A DNA stretch of 64,000 nucleotides, taken from assembly GCA_002269645.1 (NCBI GenBank), contig NIVC01000905.1:124001-188000 (forward strand). Reading direction: 5' to 3'. The position numbers and the translations under genes were made by a program. The DNA comes from Macrostomum lignano. Its lineage: Eukaryota. Below the pieces are notes generated by a model that saw only the letters and a program-made list of their open reading frames with translations, did no database searches and was not told the DNA's origin. Of the stretch, positions 12,510 through 25,660 are shown one piece after another. Positions within the stretch are counted from its first letter, which is position 1. Each line of letters starts with the position of its first letter.

Positions 12510-13410
12510 TGACACTGTGAGCTGAGTGACACTGTGAGCTGAGTGATACTGTGAGCTGAGTGACACTGTGAGCTGAGTGACACTGTGAGCTGAGTGACAC
12601 TGTGAGCTGAGTGACACTGTGAGCTGAGTGACACTGTGAGCTGAGTGACACTGTGAGCTGAGTGACACTGTGAGCTGAGTGACACTGTGAGCTGAGTGAC
12701 ACTGTGAGCTGAGTGACACTGTGAGCTGAGTGACACTGTGAGCTGAGTGACACTGTGAGCTGAGTGACACTGTGAGCTGAGTGACACTGTGAGCTGAGTG
12801 ACACTGTGAGCTGAGTGACACTATGAGCTGAGTGACACTGTGAGCTGAGTGACACTGTGAGCTGAGTGACACTGTGAGCTGAGTGACACTGTGAGCTGAG
12901 TGACACTGTGAGCTGAGTGACACTGTGAGCTGAGTGACACTGTGAGCTGAGTGACACTGTGAGCTGAGCTGAGTGACACTGTGAGCTGAGTGTCACTGTA
13001 AGCTGAGTGACACTGTGAGCTGAGTGACACTGTGAGCTGAGTGACACTGTGAGCTGAGTGACACTGTGAGCTGAGTGACACTGTGAGCTGAGTGACACTG
13101 TGAGCTGAGTGACACTGTGAGCTGAGTGACACCGTGAGCTGAGTGACACTGTGAGCTGAGTGACACTGTGAGCTGAGTGACACTGTGAGCTGAGTGACAC
13201 TGTGAGTTGAGTGACACTGTGAGCTGAGCTGAGTGACACTGTGAGCTGAGTGACACTGTGAGCTGAGTGACACTGTGAGCTGAGTGACACTGTGAGCTGA
13301 GTGACACTGTGAGCTGAGTGACACTGTGAGCTGAGTGACACTGTGAGGTGAGTGACATTGTTAGCTGAGTGACACTGTGAGCTGAGTGACACTGTGAGCT
13401 GAGTGACACT
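12510..13410. repeat. 17-bp minisatellite upstream of exon F in R2
   Basis: Same unit as 6112-6490. Confidence 0.95.
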
Positions 13411-15618
13411 TACAAGTCAAGGCGGCTGTCGATGGCAGTGAGAGTGAGGAGGCAAGCAAGTCATACCCATCCTGCTGACACGGACACGAATTCAGCCACA
13501 CACATGCTGAGCCCACAGCCACCCTGACTTTCTCATCAGTAGGGCCAAGGATCAGTAGAAGTTTGAATTGCTTATCAGAAATCTCACAGAAAACATCGAG
13601 TCAAACAGGTTTTACCACATTCTTAAAACAAAAAAATAAAAAAAAGATAAAACTTTTTTTCATGCACATATTTCGCCTTAGTAGCATCTTTCTTGAGGTT
13701 AATTTGATCAACCAAGAAAGCTGCCAAAGACATGCCGGGTTCATGCGATCGTCCGTAAAGAACATAAATTTTTTCTATTTTACGTCTTGCTAATTCAGTT
13801 CAAGGCAGCTACGAGCTAGAGCTGAATATCTGAGGTCTTTTGTTAATTGACTACAAATGCTTTGTAAAAACATCATAAAAACATCAGTAAAACATTATAA
13901 AATATTTTGAAGCTCACTGGTCAACGCTGTACCGTAAATGTAAAACTGAGGCGGAAACCCAGTCTTGACGGGTCTCACTGTGACAGTGACAGAGGCTCCG
14001 GATGGCTGGCCTGTGCACACAGCGGTTGTGTCTGGCACTCTGCCAGCGCAGCTGACTTCATACTCAACTCCGACATCGGGAGAGGCCGCCCACCGGGCTC
14101 TGAAGCTCGTCTCCGTCACATCCGAGATGTGCACTGGTCCTGAGATATTGGTGAGTTCTGCAATTGTGTTAGGACTTGCTAAATTGATGTTGTAAAGTTT
14201 CGCGAGCTGCTTTGGTATTTGAACAGCATTAAATTTGTATTAAATAAAAATTGGAATGCTGACAAAACTCAAAATAATCAAATTGATTTGTTAGAGTGAG
14301 AAATGCTATGATCTCACGAGCGTATTTACAGTCGTACAAATGCGGGAGAAATTCAGGTGGACAAAGTGTGGCAGCCAGCGTGGCACCTAAAGTGCATTCT
14401 GTACTGAAGTTTCAGCTTCATTCTCACCTGTCTTTCCAGAAAGATGGAATGCAGGACTGAGGCTGCAGTTCTGAAGTCCTGCCTGGATGGAGAAGCTGTA
14501 CTCAGTAGCCGCTGTGAGACCTCGAAATTTGAATGTCTCATCTGTAGTGTTGTGCTGCTGAGCGGGACAGCTGGGGCAGCTCAGTGTGTAAAAGTACCCT
14601 GTGATGCCACGGTCTGGTGGCAGCCAATCAACTGTTATTGATGAATTTGTAGAAGAGCGAACAGCAGCCACTGTCACAGGATCCACCTGACCCGGCACCA
14701 GTTTTCCACACGACGTGCTTCGAGCAGCCGCCTCATCGCACAGCAGCAGAGCAGCTGCAGCAGCAGAGCAGCTGCAGCAGCAACCAGAAGCAGCCAGCAG
14801 CAGCAACTGCAGCGGAAGAGACGTCGGGCTCCAGCAGACACGCAGTGCATTTTGCGAGTTTGAGAAACCTGTGTGACGAAAATTGTGTTTGTGCTGATCC
14901 GATAAAAGTCCCAGAGGTGGCTTTTGCAGTCAAATTTATTGCGGACTTTCGCTCTAAAAAAACTCGCACACTGAGCCAAGCTCAGGCCTTAAACTGAAAA
15001 AAGCAAAGTTATTGCAAAAAGTTGCTATCGCCTGTTTTGCGTCTGCCATGATAAGTAGAGCTTGTGCGCACCTGCTCTTATCTGCTGCAGTGCAGAGCTA
15101 CCTGGAAAATAGCAACTTATGGATCCGTCAATACAGTACTCAAAGTCATGGTTAGTCAGGATTTTCCTAACGAGGTCACTTTGAGCAACCGCCTCAACGG
15201 TCAACGGCCTCAGCTGCAGCTGACATTTTGAGTCTGACAACGCTCGCCAAGTCAGCCTGAGCTCAGCTATAAACAGAGCCATTAGCTGAGTCTCCATGTT
15301 GCGGACAGTCACGAATATTTTTTTCTTCAGAAAGACTTGTTTATCAGTGGCTTCGCCCAGCCATGCGCAGTACAGACACAGCTGTTCTTATCTGCAGTTT
15401 CACCAGCTGATATTGAGCAGCTCAAAGTAGTGCAGAGAAGCCACATGCATGGCTGACTGTCAGTTGGAGTGTCCTTTTGCAGTTTTGAGCAGTAGCCCTC
15501 CGGTTTTGCATCACGGAAACACCTGGCTTATCCACAGGTTTTCTGTGCTATCAGTGAGTCATATTGCTCAAGACTCTCTTCAAAATACAGTTTTCATTTT
15601 GATATCAATATTAACAGT

Positions 15619-16160
15619 CTGAATGTCATTTCCTATGCAATCTGAATGTCATTCCCTACGCAATCCGAATGTCATTTCCTATGCAATCTGAATGTCATTC
15701 CCTACGCAATCCGAATGTCATTCCCTATGCAATCTGAATGTCATTCCCTATGCAATCTGAATGTCATTCCCTATGCAATCTGAATGTCATTCCCTACGCA
15801 ATCCGAATGTCATTCCCTATGCAATCTGAATGTCATTCCCTATGCAATCTGAATGTCATTCCCTATGCAATCTGAATGTCATTCCCTATGCAATCTGAAT
15901 GTCATTCCCTATGCAATCTGAATGTCATTCCCTATGCAATCTGAATGTCATTCCCTATGCAATCTGAATGTCATTCCCTATGCAATCTGAATGTCATTCC
16001 CTATGCAGTCTGAATGTCAATCCCTGTGCAGTCTGAATGTCATTCCCTGTGCAATCTGAATGTCACTCATTATGTTATCTGAATGTCATTCCCTATACAA
16101 TCTGAATGTCAATCCCTATGCAATCTGAATGTCACGTACTCATTATGCCATCTGAATGTC
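15619..16160. repeat. 23-bp intergenic minisatellite (ctgaatgtcattccctatgcaat) between R3 and R2
   Basis: Tandem repeats. Confidence 0.95.
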
Positions 16161-16493
16161 TTTTTTATGTAGTCTGAATGTACCAATAAGTGTGTATCGT
16201 ACATGCTAGATTTAAAATATATTTCATATAATTCTGAAAAAGCAGTCATCAATGCAGGGTTTGACAATCAGAGAGAAATCAACCTGACATAACAGGCTAT
16301 CGATTGCTACCCATTAGTAGTATTGTGACATCACAGCAGAGCACAGATATGGAAATTCAGTTTTCGTTAGAATAGTCAATCAATGCAATGATTAGTCTGC
16401 AATCTGTGTGTAACACATATTATTATATTTTGTGCAAACAGACTCAAATATTGAGGTTCACTCAGTTTCACTGAGCAATGTAACCTCAAGTCT

Positions 16494-19400
16494 CTAACGC
16501 CGGCCATTCACAGCAGGGATCTCCACATATTCAGCTGACTGAGCGGAGCCTCCAACCACAGTGGCGTAATCGTTTGGTGCACCGCTGACTCCGCTGCCTG
16601 CAGGGCTGTCAGAAGCTGGCTTGGCAGCTTTCTGTGGAGATCTGGAAGGGTTCAATGAAATGACAGCACCTGCTGTTAAATTAAGTTGAGCACTCTGTAA
16701 AATTCGGTTTGAGTTCGAGCCACCAGCACTAACCAATGGCTCTCAGACCAGGTGCTCAGTTTGTAGTTTGGGGACATCATTCAGCCAATGAAAGTTTGCA
16801 GCATAACACAGGCTCACACAGAGTGCACATCGGTCCTGACCACCTCACCATCAGGTACGTGCACACAAATTAACGGAATCGAAACCGGGACTCTCAGTTT
16901 CTCTGCACCTTCCCAGCTCAGCTGCTTTGAGCACAAAATTTAAGTCGCACCTGTTTTGCCGACGAATCCGAAGGAAGATCAGCGAAGCCGCAACGATAGC
17001 CAGAATGACCACCAGCGGCACCGCGACTGCCACCACGATGGTCGCTGCGCCACCGCCACCGTCTCCACCAGCAGTGACAAAGTTGAGCTCAGCTGAGTCC
17101 CCAGCTAAAGTCTGGCTGACCGGCGTCACCCTCACCGAGTACTCGGTGCCCGGCTGCAGCTGTCGCACTCTGACGGCGTACGCGTCTGAGCCGTTACCGC
17201 TGTTGTTGACGTACTGGGTGCTGGCGCACGTCCTGGACAGCAGGTCCAGAAGGCCTCCCGTGGTGCAGGAGAGCAACTGGCAGCCGGCGTTGGTGGAGTT
17301 CAGCACCAGCAGCTGCGAGCAGACATTGGAAGCCACTTTGAACACCTGCGGAATGTCATGAAATGCCTCGTACGAAATGAACCATTCAGTAGCCTCAATC
17401 AAAGTACTCATGATTCACACCTGCACAGCGAACGCCTGCAGCAGGCCGTTTGGCAGCCGAGGCTCCTCGAACTCCACCAGCGCCTCCGCCTCCGAGGGCG
17501 TCGCCCGCAGGCCGCCGACGGCGCCGCTGCGAGTCTCCGGGCTGCGGAAGGAGGCGGAGGCGACGGCGCCGGGCCCCGCGAGGTTCACCGGCCACAGCGA
17601 GGCGCCGTACTCGGTCCAGGGCAGCAGCGAGCGCGGGGAGGCGCCCTCGGAGCTGACGGCGACCTCCGCGGACAGCGAGGCGTCGCCGAACTCGAAGGCT
17701 CGCACGAGCACCGGCGCTGAGCAGTCGGCCGTCAGGGCCTCAAGCCGCTGCCGGGCCTCCTCAGACTGCAGCTGGAGGCGGTGGCGGCCGCAGTCGGAGC
17801 AGTTCAGCCGCCGGGCCGCCGCGCAGCCGCCCGGACCGTCCAGTCGCAGCTCGAACTCGAACACGACGCCCCGGCCGAGCTCGGGGCTGAGCGGCTTCCA
17901 GCTGAGGCGGACGGGACCGCCAGGGATTAGCAGAATCGTCAGGCCGGACACCGCAGGTGCAACGCTGTCCTCTGAATTCCGTGAAAGTACCAGCACATTC
18001 AGAGTTGATTTGAAAACAGGCTGTAACAAAAGTCAGTACAAACGCAATTCTCACTGGTCAGCTGGTTGGACAGAGCTGTGATGACGTCATCAAAGCCGCC
18101 CGCCTTCTGCACAGCCACCCGCAGCTCATATTCCTGTCCAGACTGCAGGGAGCCGCAGGTGGCAGACGGAGTCGATGAAGACGTAATCGAGACTTCTCCT
18201 GAGCCGACTCGCTTGCAGGTGAGCTGGTACGAGACGCCAGAAGTGCTGGATGGCTGCCAAGTCACAGAGATGGCGGTCTCATTGGAGCTGTACTGAGCTG
18301 AGCTGGCGTCAATGCTGAACAGCTCTGCAATGAAACGGACCCAATAGAAGCGAGCTGTGCCTCATCAGAGCAGCTGCAATCATTTGCTGAGCTCCAACTT
18401 ACTGGTCAGCTGGATTGGCAGCCAGGTGACAACTTCATCGAAGCCGCCCTGCTTAGTGACAGCCACACTCAGGTTGTAGGCCTCTCCTGACTGCAGATTG
18501 CTGAAGGTGGCACTCAGATACTTTGATGGAGGCAGAGATGTTGAATTCCCTGTGCTGACTCGCCTGCAGGTCATCCGGTACAGAACTCCTTCAGTGATGG
18601 ACGCCACCCAAGTCAGGGAGATGGAAGTCTCTGTGATGGTGAAACTCACTAAGCTGGCGTCAATCGGGAAGAGCTCTGCGGTTGCGAGGTGGGTGAGCAG
18701 CTCCTGACTTAAAAGTCCCGATTTTTTCGAGTTATAATCTGATACAGAGACTGCTAGCCGCCTTTAGTGAAATGGCTGTTTGGGTTTTTGCTGTGTGGTG
18801 GGGTGGTGAGTGCGTCGTCCACGCCGTGTGTCTATTTAGACCGCTACCTTTGTGGCTAATTGCGTTTGCTCAGGTTTAATTTTTTTTACTTCTAAATCAT
18901 GTCAAACACCTTCGTACTCATACTGCCTCCATCAAACAAAGCGCTTCGAGAAGCCCTTAGAGAGCGCGGCCTGCCTACTCATGGCAATAGGAAAGAGCTG
19001 AAAAGTCGCCTGAGTCGCATTGCCAAGGAGCTCGAGCAGGACAGAAGCTCATCCCGTCGTACTCAAGTGGACAAGACACCACCATCGAATGCTGGCACAC
19101 CCGATTTAATTAGTCTGGCTCCACCTGAGAGCGAGATGCAACTGGTAGCGGGCGCCTCGGCCGAATGTTGAGCGGCGACGGGAGGCAGAGTCGAGGAACA
19201 GCTGCAGAAGACTGAACTGCGTATTCGGCTGCTGGATCTCGATCTCGAGGCAGAACTCGCTGAAGCGAACCAATGTGGCGCGACGGCCGCGAAAGAATGA
19301 GTCTGACGAGATCAGACTCCCGGTGAGTGGCATGATTTGTATAACGAATGTATTTTGGGCAGACAGGGGCTGAAGCTTCGCATGCTCATGCGCCGGTGGT

Positions 19401-22400
19401 GTACAGAGTGGTTGATTATATCAGTGAGCGTCATCAGAGGCAAGGAATCCAGTCTGCTGTTGGAGTGGTAAAGCCTGAGTCCCTGTTGTTTGGCAACTTT
19501 ATCTCCAGCAGCCATAAATTACAGGTTCAAATGCTGCATGTTGTTGATGGTAGAATCGATTTTTCCGAGTCGATCATCTCCGACCTGCTAGATTTAGTCT
19601 TCGATCGCACAAAAGTCATGTCATATGATGACGAGTTTCGGCTTCTCCAGCTTGACGGAACGCGGTGGAATGCTATCAGCACAGTCCTGGGTCTGGTGGC
19701 AACACACTTGATGGCACCAACAAAAATGATAAATGCAACAGCGTCTAAAAAGCGAACGCAGCCACGGGTCTGTTTCGACTTCAACAGCTCATCAGTGAAG
19801 CAGACGCACACAGCCGCACTGCGAAGCCCGAGCCCACGCTGATGGAGACTCGGGTCAACTTTAAAAAATCTAGCGTGTGATTTGAGGCACAGGACTCAGA
19901 GTCTATCGTCGGGTTACCCTCCTGTGCCCCCACGACGGTGGAACCGCCCACCCCCAAGTGACCGAGTTCAACAGAGTTGTCAAGCAGTCTTGTCTTTGCA
20001 GTTTGGCTGGGTCCGAGATGCCGGAGGACCGAGTCAGGTTCGTGCTCGATGGTTTGAAGAACGACTTCTGTATTTCTAACAAAGTTACTTTTGTACAGAT
20101 CAGTTACTTTCACCAGCAAGCTATTGAGGCCCAGGTGCGCCAGGAGCTTGAGCAGCACCGCTAATGGCGCTGCCAAGCAGGCAATCGACCGCTCTTCGGA
20201 AGTGCACTTGGTGCGATCGCTAAGGCAGACTCGTCTTCCATCTGCCTCATTCATGACTGCAGCCTGCCACCTGGCGCCTCAGTCAATGAATTTTTCGAGT
20301 CAGAACGGAATTTGTGCTTCACATCTGCCAGCACCTTTGCCTTGTTTTCGGCTCCCGTATTTTATTTTCACAAAGCGCCTCCCTGCAACGCCGCCTCGCC
20401 TCCTCGCCGGAGCAGATGCTTCGCAGTACCGTAGGGCGATCTCATCAGCCGTCCAGTCCTGGCGTAGCTACTCAACAAGAGCAAGACTAACCCGACTCAA
20501 TCCGACCAACCCGGCTCGATCCGACCAACCCGACTCAGTCGGACCAACCCGGCTCGATCCGACTAACCCGACTCAATTCGACACACCCGACTCACCTGGT
20601 CAAATGCCACCTGAGATCTTTTAACAGTCTGCGTACTCACATCAGTGCACTGTCCAGCTGGTTAAAAGCCTTTGGTACTGAGGACCTATCAAAATACCAC
20701 CTGGTCCCACTGCTCGTTCACGGCGCCAAACGGAGGATGAGCCAGCGGCCAAGACGGAAGCTGCCGATCTCGCCTGCGATGTTGTTGTCTGCGAGGAAGT
20801 GACTTACGTCGTAATTCGAGCAGTTCCCTTGATAGAGTCTGCTGGCCTGTGACGCTGATTGCTGGTTGGGGGATGATTCGGCGTTCCAGTCTCCTGCCCA
20901 GTCAGCAGTCCGCTTCGCCAATCTCCGTCTCAGCCTTTCAACGCCACCCAAATGTGGTCGTGCTCTCCGTCAGTTATGGCAAGACGAACCAATTCTTCGC
21001 GAAGCTGCTCCGAGTGTTGCTTCCAAGGCTAAAAGAAGGACACCCGCTTTGCCCGGTGTCTGCGTTAGAGAGCCACATTCGCATCAGAAAGCTTGGCAAC
21101 CCGTGTTCTCTTATCAGTTGGCGAGCGGATCCTCTGCTGCCTAGCAACTGATGGGCAGGACGCTCGCTCGCTCGTTCTCAGCGCACAGCCTGTGCAGAGG
21201 AGGCGCTGCCTGGGCCCATTATTCTTGTGCTGTCTGCTCAAGAGGTGAAATGCGTCGGAGATTGGCGAAGTGATGCTGTGGCTGCCGCAGATTTAATGCT
21301 TTTAAAGAGAATTGCCTTGATGGGCTTTTACATGTGATTTCAGGGTTCATATTTCTGCTCTTATCCCTTGCCTTACCCTTTTTCTGTAAATTATCTGATT
21401 CGTTCGTTTTTTGTTAGTTTGGCCTTGGGGCGCATCCCAATGCCTGTTTTTTCTTTGTCTCCCCTTCACTAACTGATTGATGAATCTCTACTGAATGCAA
21501 ATATCAGTTTCTTTTGAGCACGCAGCAATTTAAATACAGCGCAAAATAAGTGGATATTCTCGCTTCTTCAAGCGGTGTTCAGAAAGTGGCGGCAGTTTTG
21601 GCCCTAGGGCTCATTCCGTGAATGCTGAAAGCTGCATCTTTGATTTACCTTAAAGCGCAATATTTAATCTTTCTTTAAAACTTACCTCAAAAGTTATTGC
21701 TGAATATGTGACCCATTGCTTAGCAATTTGACGATCATTATTCACATTTTTAATGCAGAACAATCCATTACTACAAACAATGAATTGTCTGTAGGATCGT
21801 CAAACAGAAAAACAATGAAAAGAATCAGCGGTCGCAGCACGTGACAACGATTTGTCTATGGCTCGCGCCTACCGGCGCTCGCCAGACAATCGTTGTCACG
21901 CACTGGGACCGCTGATTATTTATCTATTGTGGGTGTTTGTCTTACAGTAAAGCTTTATTTGTCTATGTCAAGCTTAAGAGACAATTTTGTACTGCCATAC
22001 GCTGCTTATTACCTCTTTCCTAAGTATCAAATGATTGCAAATGCTCAACGTAGCACTAAGCCCTTTACATTCCGTGGTAGTTTGTGGGTAAAACCACAAC
22101 CACGGATAAGCAGCAGTGGCGGGCAGTGAGGACTCAATCAACATCTAAACAGTCACTGTAAACTCAGTCACACTTTCTGATATCTGATGAAATTCTAGCA
22201 ACTTGAAATTTTGACGCTGCGCACCTTATGACGTGACAGTCAGAAGCATTTGCCACAGAGCTGTTCTGCTCCTCAAGTATTCATCTGCATCATTGATTAT
22301 GTTGAGGTAAATATTGTTTAACAAGATGCATGCAGGTAAACTTGTGGCACCGCAGCAGCTGAGCAAGACTCACTGGTCAGCTGGTTGGACAGAGCCGTGA

Positions 22401-25400
22401 TGACGTCATCAAAGCCGCGCGCCTTCTGCACAGCCACCCGCAGCTCATATTCCTGTCCAGACTGCAGGGAGCCGCAGGTGGCAGACGGAGTGGATGAAGA
22501 CGCATTCCAGACTTCACCTGAGCCGACTCGCTTGCAGGTGAGCTGGTACGAGACGCCAGAAGTGCTGGGTGGCTGCCAAGTCACAGAGATAGCGGTCTCA
22601 TTGGAGCTGTACTGAGCTGAGCTGGCGTCAATGCCAGAGAGCTCTGCAAAGTTTCAATGCACGAATTTGTTTAAGCGATGTGAATTCGGCAAATTTACCT
22701 TAAAAATTCTGCGATGACGCCATAGTTTTTCATTTTTGCGTTCAGTTCAACAGTCCAACTATTTAAAGTAGCTGCGAAAACTGTCTGCATTTTTTAAACT
22801 GAGGCCTATTGCTTTTATTTTGTGTTTACCAGTAGAACATTTGCCTTTACCGCAACGACGCTACTTATTCTGTTCTACTTCCCATAAAAAGACATTAAAA
22901 AGTGTTAATGTACTACTCACATTTTATTCAGTAGTATACCAAGTAGCATGTATAAAATGAAGTACTGAATCACATATATATTTTAATTAACCAATCACAA
23001 GAGAGTAAAGTCGAACATGCTATTTATAGCAACCGACCAATCATGCGTGACCTACAATTGTCAAGTGTAGACCCATCTGCGATTCATCATTCGGCCTGCA
23101 CCGGATGAACCGATCAAAGAAAGACCAAAATAACCCAACCACGATAACCAGTCATGCGCGCTTACACTAGACTAGTGGCTTAACTTTCTACCCTGTCATG
23201 CTTGACAGCAACCAAAGCGTGACCCTTTGACATTTACGAAAAAGGTGATGAACGACCTCACGAGGGTCTGTTTCTCTATAAACACAAGTGGTCCGAAGCG
23301 GACCTGGAGCCAACAACCGAACCTACAGAAGGAGAAGCTCCGAAGAGGAAGCCTCAGCAGGACTTCCTGCAGACCAAGTCAATCGAGACTCGGCTGAGTT
23401 CTTGCGGTAAGCCTAACTCATTTGCGCCTGTTGTTTAAGTCGACTCACTGTTGTTGTTGAGTTAGAGTCTGTTGAGACTCTTGAGTCTATTGAGGCTCCA
23501 TTGGTTGTAGTCTCCAGAAGGACTACCCTGATAGATCTTAGAGGACTATCAGCGACTACCGGAGCTATACCTAGAGTGCATTAAGGCACTTCTAGAAGGA
23601 GAAGGCTTATTTGAAACCGCATTAAGGCGCAGGGATCCCCATTTATAATACGAAGCTTCTGATTGGTCCGAACGACAGATACCGGCCGGAAACGACTTCA
23701 GTGGAAGTAAAAGGAACGCGAACCTGGTCTACGAAATATAGACGTCTAACGAGTAAAGAAGACAGAGAACTGCAACACAAGGAGGAGCTCTCCAAGACAG
23801 GAATCAAGGTAGGAGATACCTTCATTTGATTACTGGGTTGCCTAGCAGTAGCTAGAAGTGATTGTTCCTTGATTACTGAGAAAGTCTTGGTAGTAAGGAA
23901 CACATCACATACTCTCTGGTACCCCCGATGGAAATCACGTGTAGGTATGTTTTGAGTGAGAAATACTTTTTAAATATTTTATACTCAAGTATTAATTTCA
24001 ATAAATACTAAGACCAAGCGTATAAAACAATTAACACGCTTTGTCTACAGTCTCAGCTCAGCAAAAAATCTAAGCAGTTCAGTTGCTCATAAATCTCAAG
24101 TTGAATACTAATGAGCATGCATAATGCAGAATATGGAGATGCAAAATCTTGACTGCTCAAGCCAAAGCCATCGATTCCTACTGTCAAATCAATGCACACG
24201 GCTGGCTCAACTGACGGCGATGCGAACGCGAGCCTTGACTTTTGCCACCGCTTTTTATTTCCAAAGCAAAGCACCAGAGGGAACTCACTGGTCAGCTGTC
24301 CAGGTAGAGACGTGATGACGTCATCAAAGCCGCCCGCCTTCTGCACAGCCACCTGCAGCTCATAGGCCTGTCCAGACTGCAGGGAGCCGCAGGTGGCAGA
24401 CGCACTGGATGAAGACGCAGTCGAGACTTCACCTGAGCCGACCCGCTGGCAGGTGAGCTGGTACGAGACGCCAGAAGTGCTGGATGGCTGCCAAGTCACA
24501 GAGATGGCGGTCTCATTGGAGCTGTACTGAGCTGAGCTGGCGTCAATGCCGAACAGCTCTGCAATTGATGAGCATCTCTGACGAGTTTGATTGCTACGGA
24601 AGTTTCTTTGATTGATGCTGAATTGATTTAGAGTTAATATCATTACAACACGATTTGAAACTGCAGTTTGATCAAATCTCAGCTCACAGTTCAAATTAAC
24701 AGAGTTTGCAAAATACATCAATAATACTTTATAGTTTTGGGCCTGTCTGTATTGCAGTGCAGCTAAAATATCTCCAATATGGTAATGAAACTCACTGGTC
24801 AAAGCTGTGCCGTAAATGTAAAACGCAGGCTCAAACCCAGTCTTGACGGGTCTCACTCTGACAGTGACAGAGGCTCCGGATGGCTGGCCTCTGCACACAG
24901 CGGTTGCGTCTGGCACTCTGCCAGCGCAGCTGACTTCATACTCGACTCCGACATCGGGAGAGGCCGCCCACCGGGCTCTGAAGCTCGTTTCCGTCACATC
25001 CGAGATGTGCACTGGTCCTGAGATTCTGGTGAGATCTGCAATTGTGTTGGGAATTGCTTAACTTCCACCAGATGGTTTGGTATTTGAACAGCATTTGAAT
25101 CAGTAATTAATACAAGTTGGAACAGAATTCATTTAATAATCCAACTCGGATTAGACATAAAGTAAGACATTGCATGTATTTTTCTTAGAAATTCAGGTGG
25201 CCAGGTGAAGCAGCCAACGGCGCTTTCGAGGACCCGCACAGTTTTCATTCTCACCTGTCCTTCCAGAAAGATGGAATGCAGGGCTGAGTCTGCAATTCCG
25301 AAGTCCAGCCTGAATTGAGAAGCTGTACTCAGTAGCCGCTGTGAGACCTCGAAATGTGAATGTCTCATCTGTAGTGTTGTGCTGCCGACTGGGACAGCTG

Positions 25401-25660
25401 GGGCAGTTAACTATGTAAAAGTACCCTGTGATGCCACGGTCTGGTGCCAGCCAATTAACTGTTATTGATGAAGTTGCAGAAGAGCGAACAGCAGCCACTG
25501 TCACAGGATCCACCTGACCCGGCACCAGTTTTCCACACGACGTGCCTTGAGCAGCCGCCTCATCGCACAGCAGCAGAGCAGCTGCAGCAGCAACCGGAAG
25601 CAGCCAGCAGCAGCAACTGCAGCGGAAGAGACGTCGGGCTCCAGCAGACACGCAGTGCAT
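16494..25660 (-). CDS. R3: apparently intact type I membrane FN3-repeat receptor (A-B-C-C-D-C-E'-G-T), about 8 FN3 domains, TM, tyrosine-motif tail
   Basis: Exons 25660-25255, 25035-24796, 24558-24289, 22643-22374, 18675-18403, 18324-18055, 17971-17421, 17345-16951, 16641-16494. Splice phases are consistent (1,1,1,1,1,1,0,2) and I found no stops. The FN3 repeats resemble the PTPRQ/usherin/sidekick type, but there is no phosphatase domain. Confidence 0.85.
18770..21450 (+). mobile_element. Degenerate, internally deleted tyrosine-recombinase (DIRS order, Ngaro-like) retrotransposon in the R3 C-D intron
   Basis: SAP-like LREALRERGLPTHGNRKELKSRL (18899 ORF); gag-like VCFDFN remnant at about 19770; RT N-terminus-like FVLDGLKNDF..QVRQELEQHR (20040-20160). 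YR motifs GAKRR..RKLPISP, WPVTLIAGWGMIRRSSLLP, GKTNQ..LCPVSALESH, FSAHSLCRGGA (21175-21207) and VKCVGDWRSDAV (21245-21280), with stops and frameshifts. Boundaries are approximate. Confidence 0.8.
21840..21900. repeat. 61-bp inverted repeat (hairpin)
   Basis: cgtgacaacgatttgtct ... agacaatcgttgtcacg. Confidence 0.7.
22870..23910 (-). mobile_element. About 1-kb LTR-like insertion in the R3 C1-C2 intron
   Basis: Absent from the homologous R0 intron (470-1117). Minus-strand start TGTGATG, CCAAT then TATAAAT (about 23645-23670), AATAAA near 22922. No TSD found. Confidence 0.4.

Larger units (their letters stand above)
8870..14850 (-). pseudogene. R2: FN3-repeat receptor (A-B-F-E-G-T) with a frameshifted leader and a duplicated TM segment
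   Basis: Exons 14850-14428, 14157-13918, 12469-12137, 11403-10280, 10204-9810, 9017-8870. Exon A is 423 nt (not phase 1) because cagcagagcagctgcag is tandemly duplicated (14744-14777). All other exons are open. An extra TM fragment sits at 9461-9359. Confidence 0.75.

Noticed and set aside
11208-13409. Long SLSSQCHSAHSVTQLTV and QNQHSLRT repeat ORFs (also 5309-6557 and 60968-62774)
   Set aside because: Translations of intronic 17- and 18-bp minisatellites; true exon F boundaries are set by canonical phase-1 sites.
24559-24795. Stop-free 237-nt B-C intron in R3 as coding sequence
   Set aside because: It has canonical splice sites and is AT-rich; the homologous R5 intron has an early stop. 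Probably chance, though retention would be in frame.
3442-25660. Receptor tyrosine phosphatase (PTPRQ-like) or usherin orthologue
   Set aside because: The FN3 repeats are similar in style, but the tail is about 55 aa and ends in a stop with no HCxxGxxR PTP domain. No laminin domains are seen, so no gene symbol was assigned.
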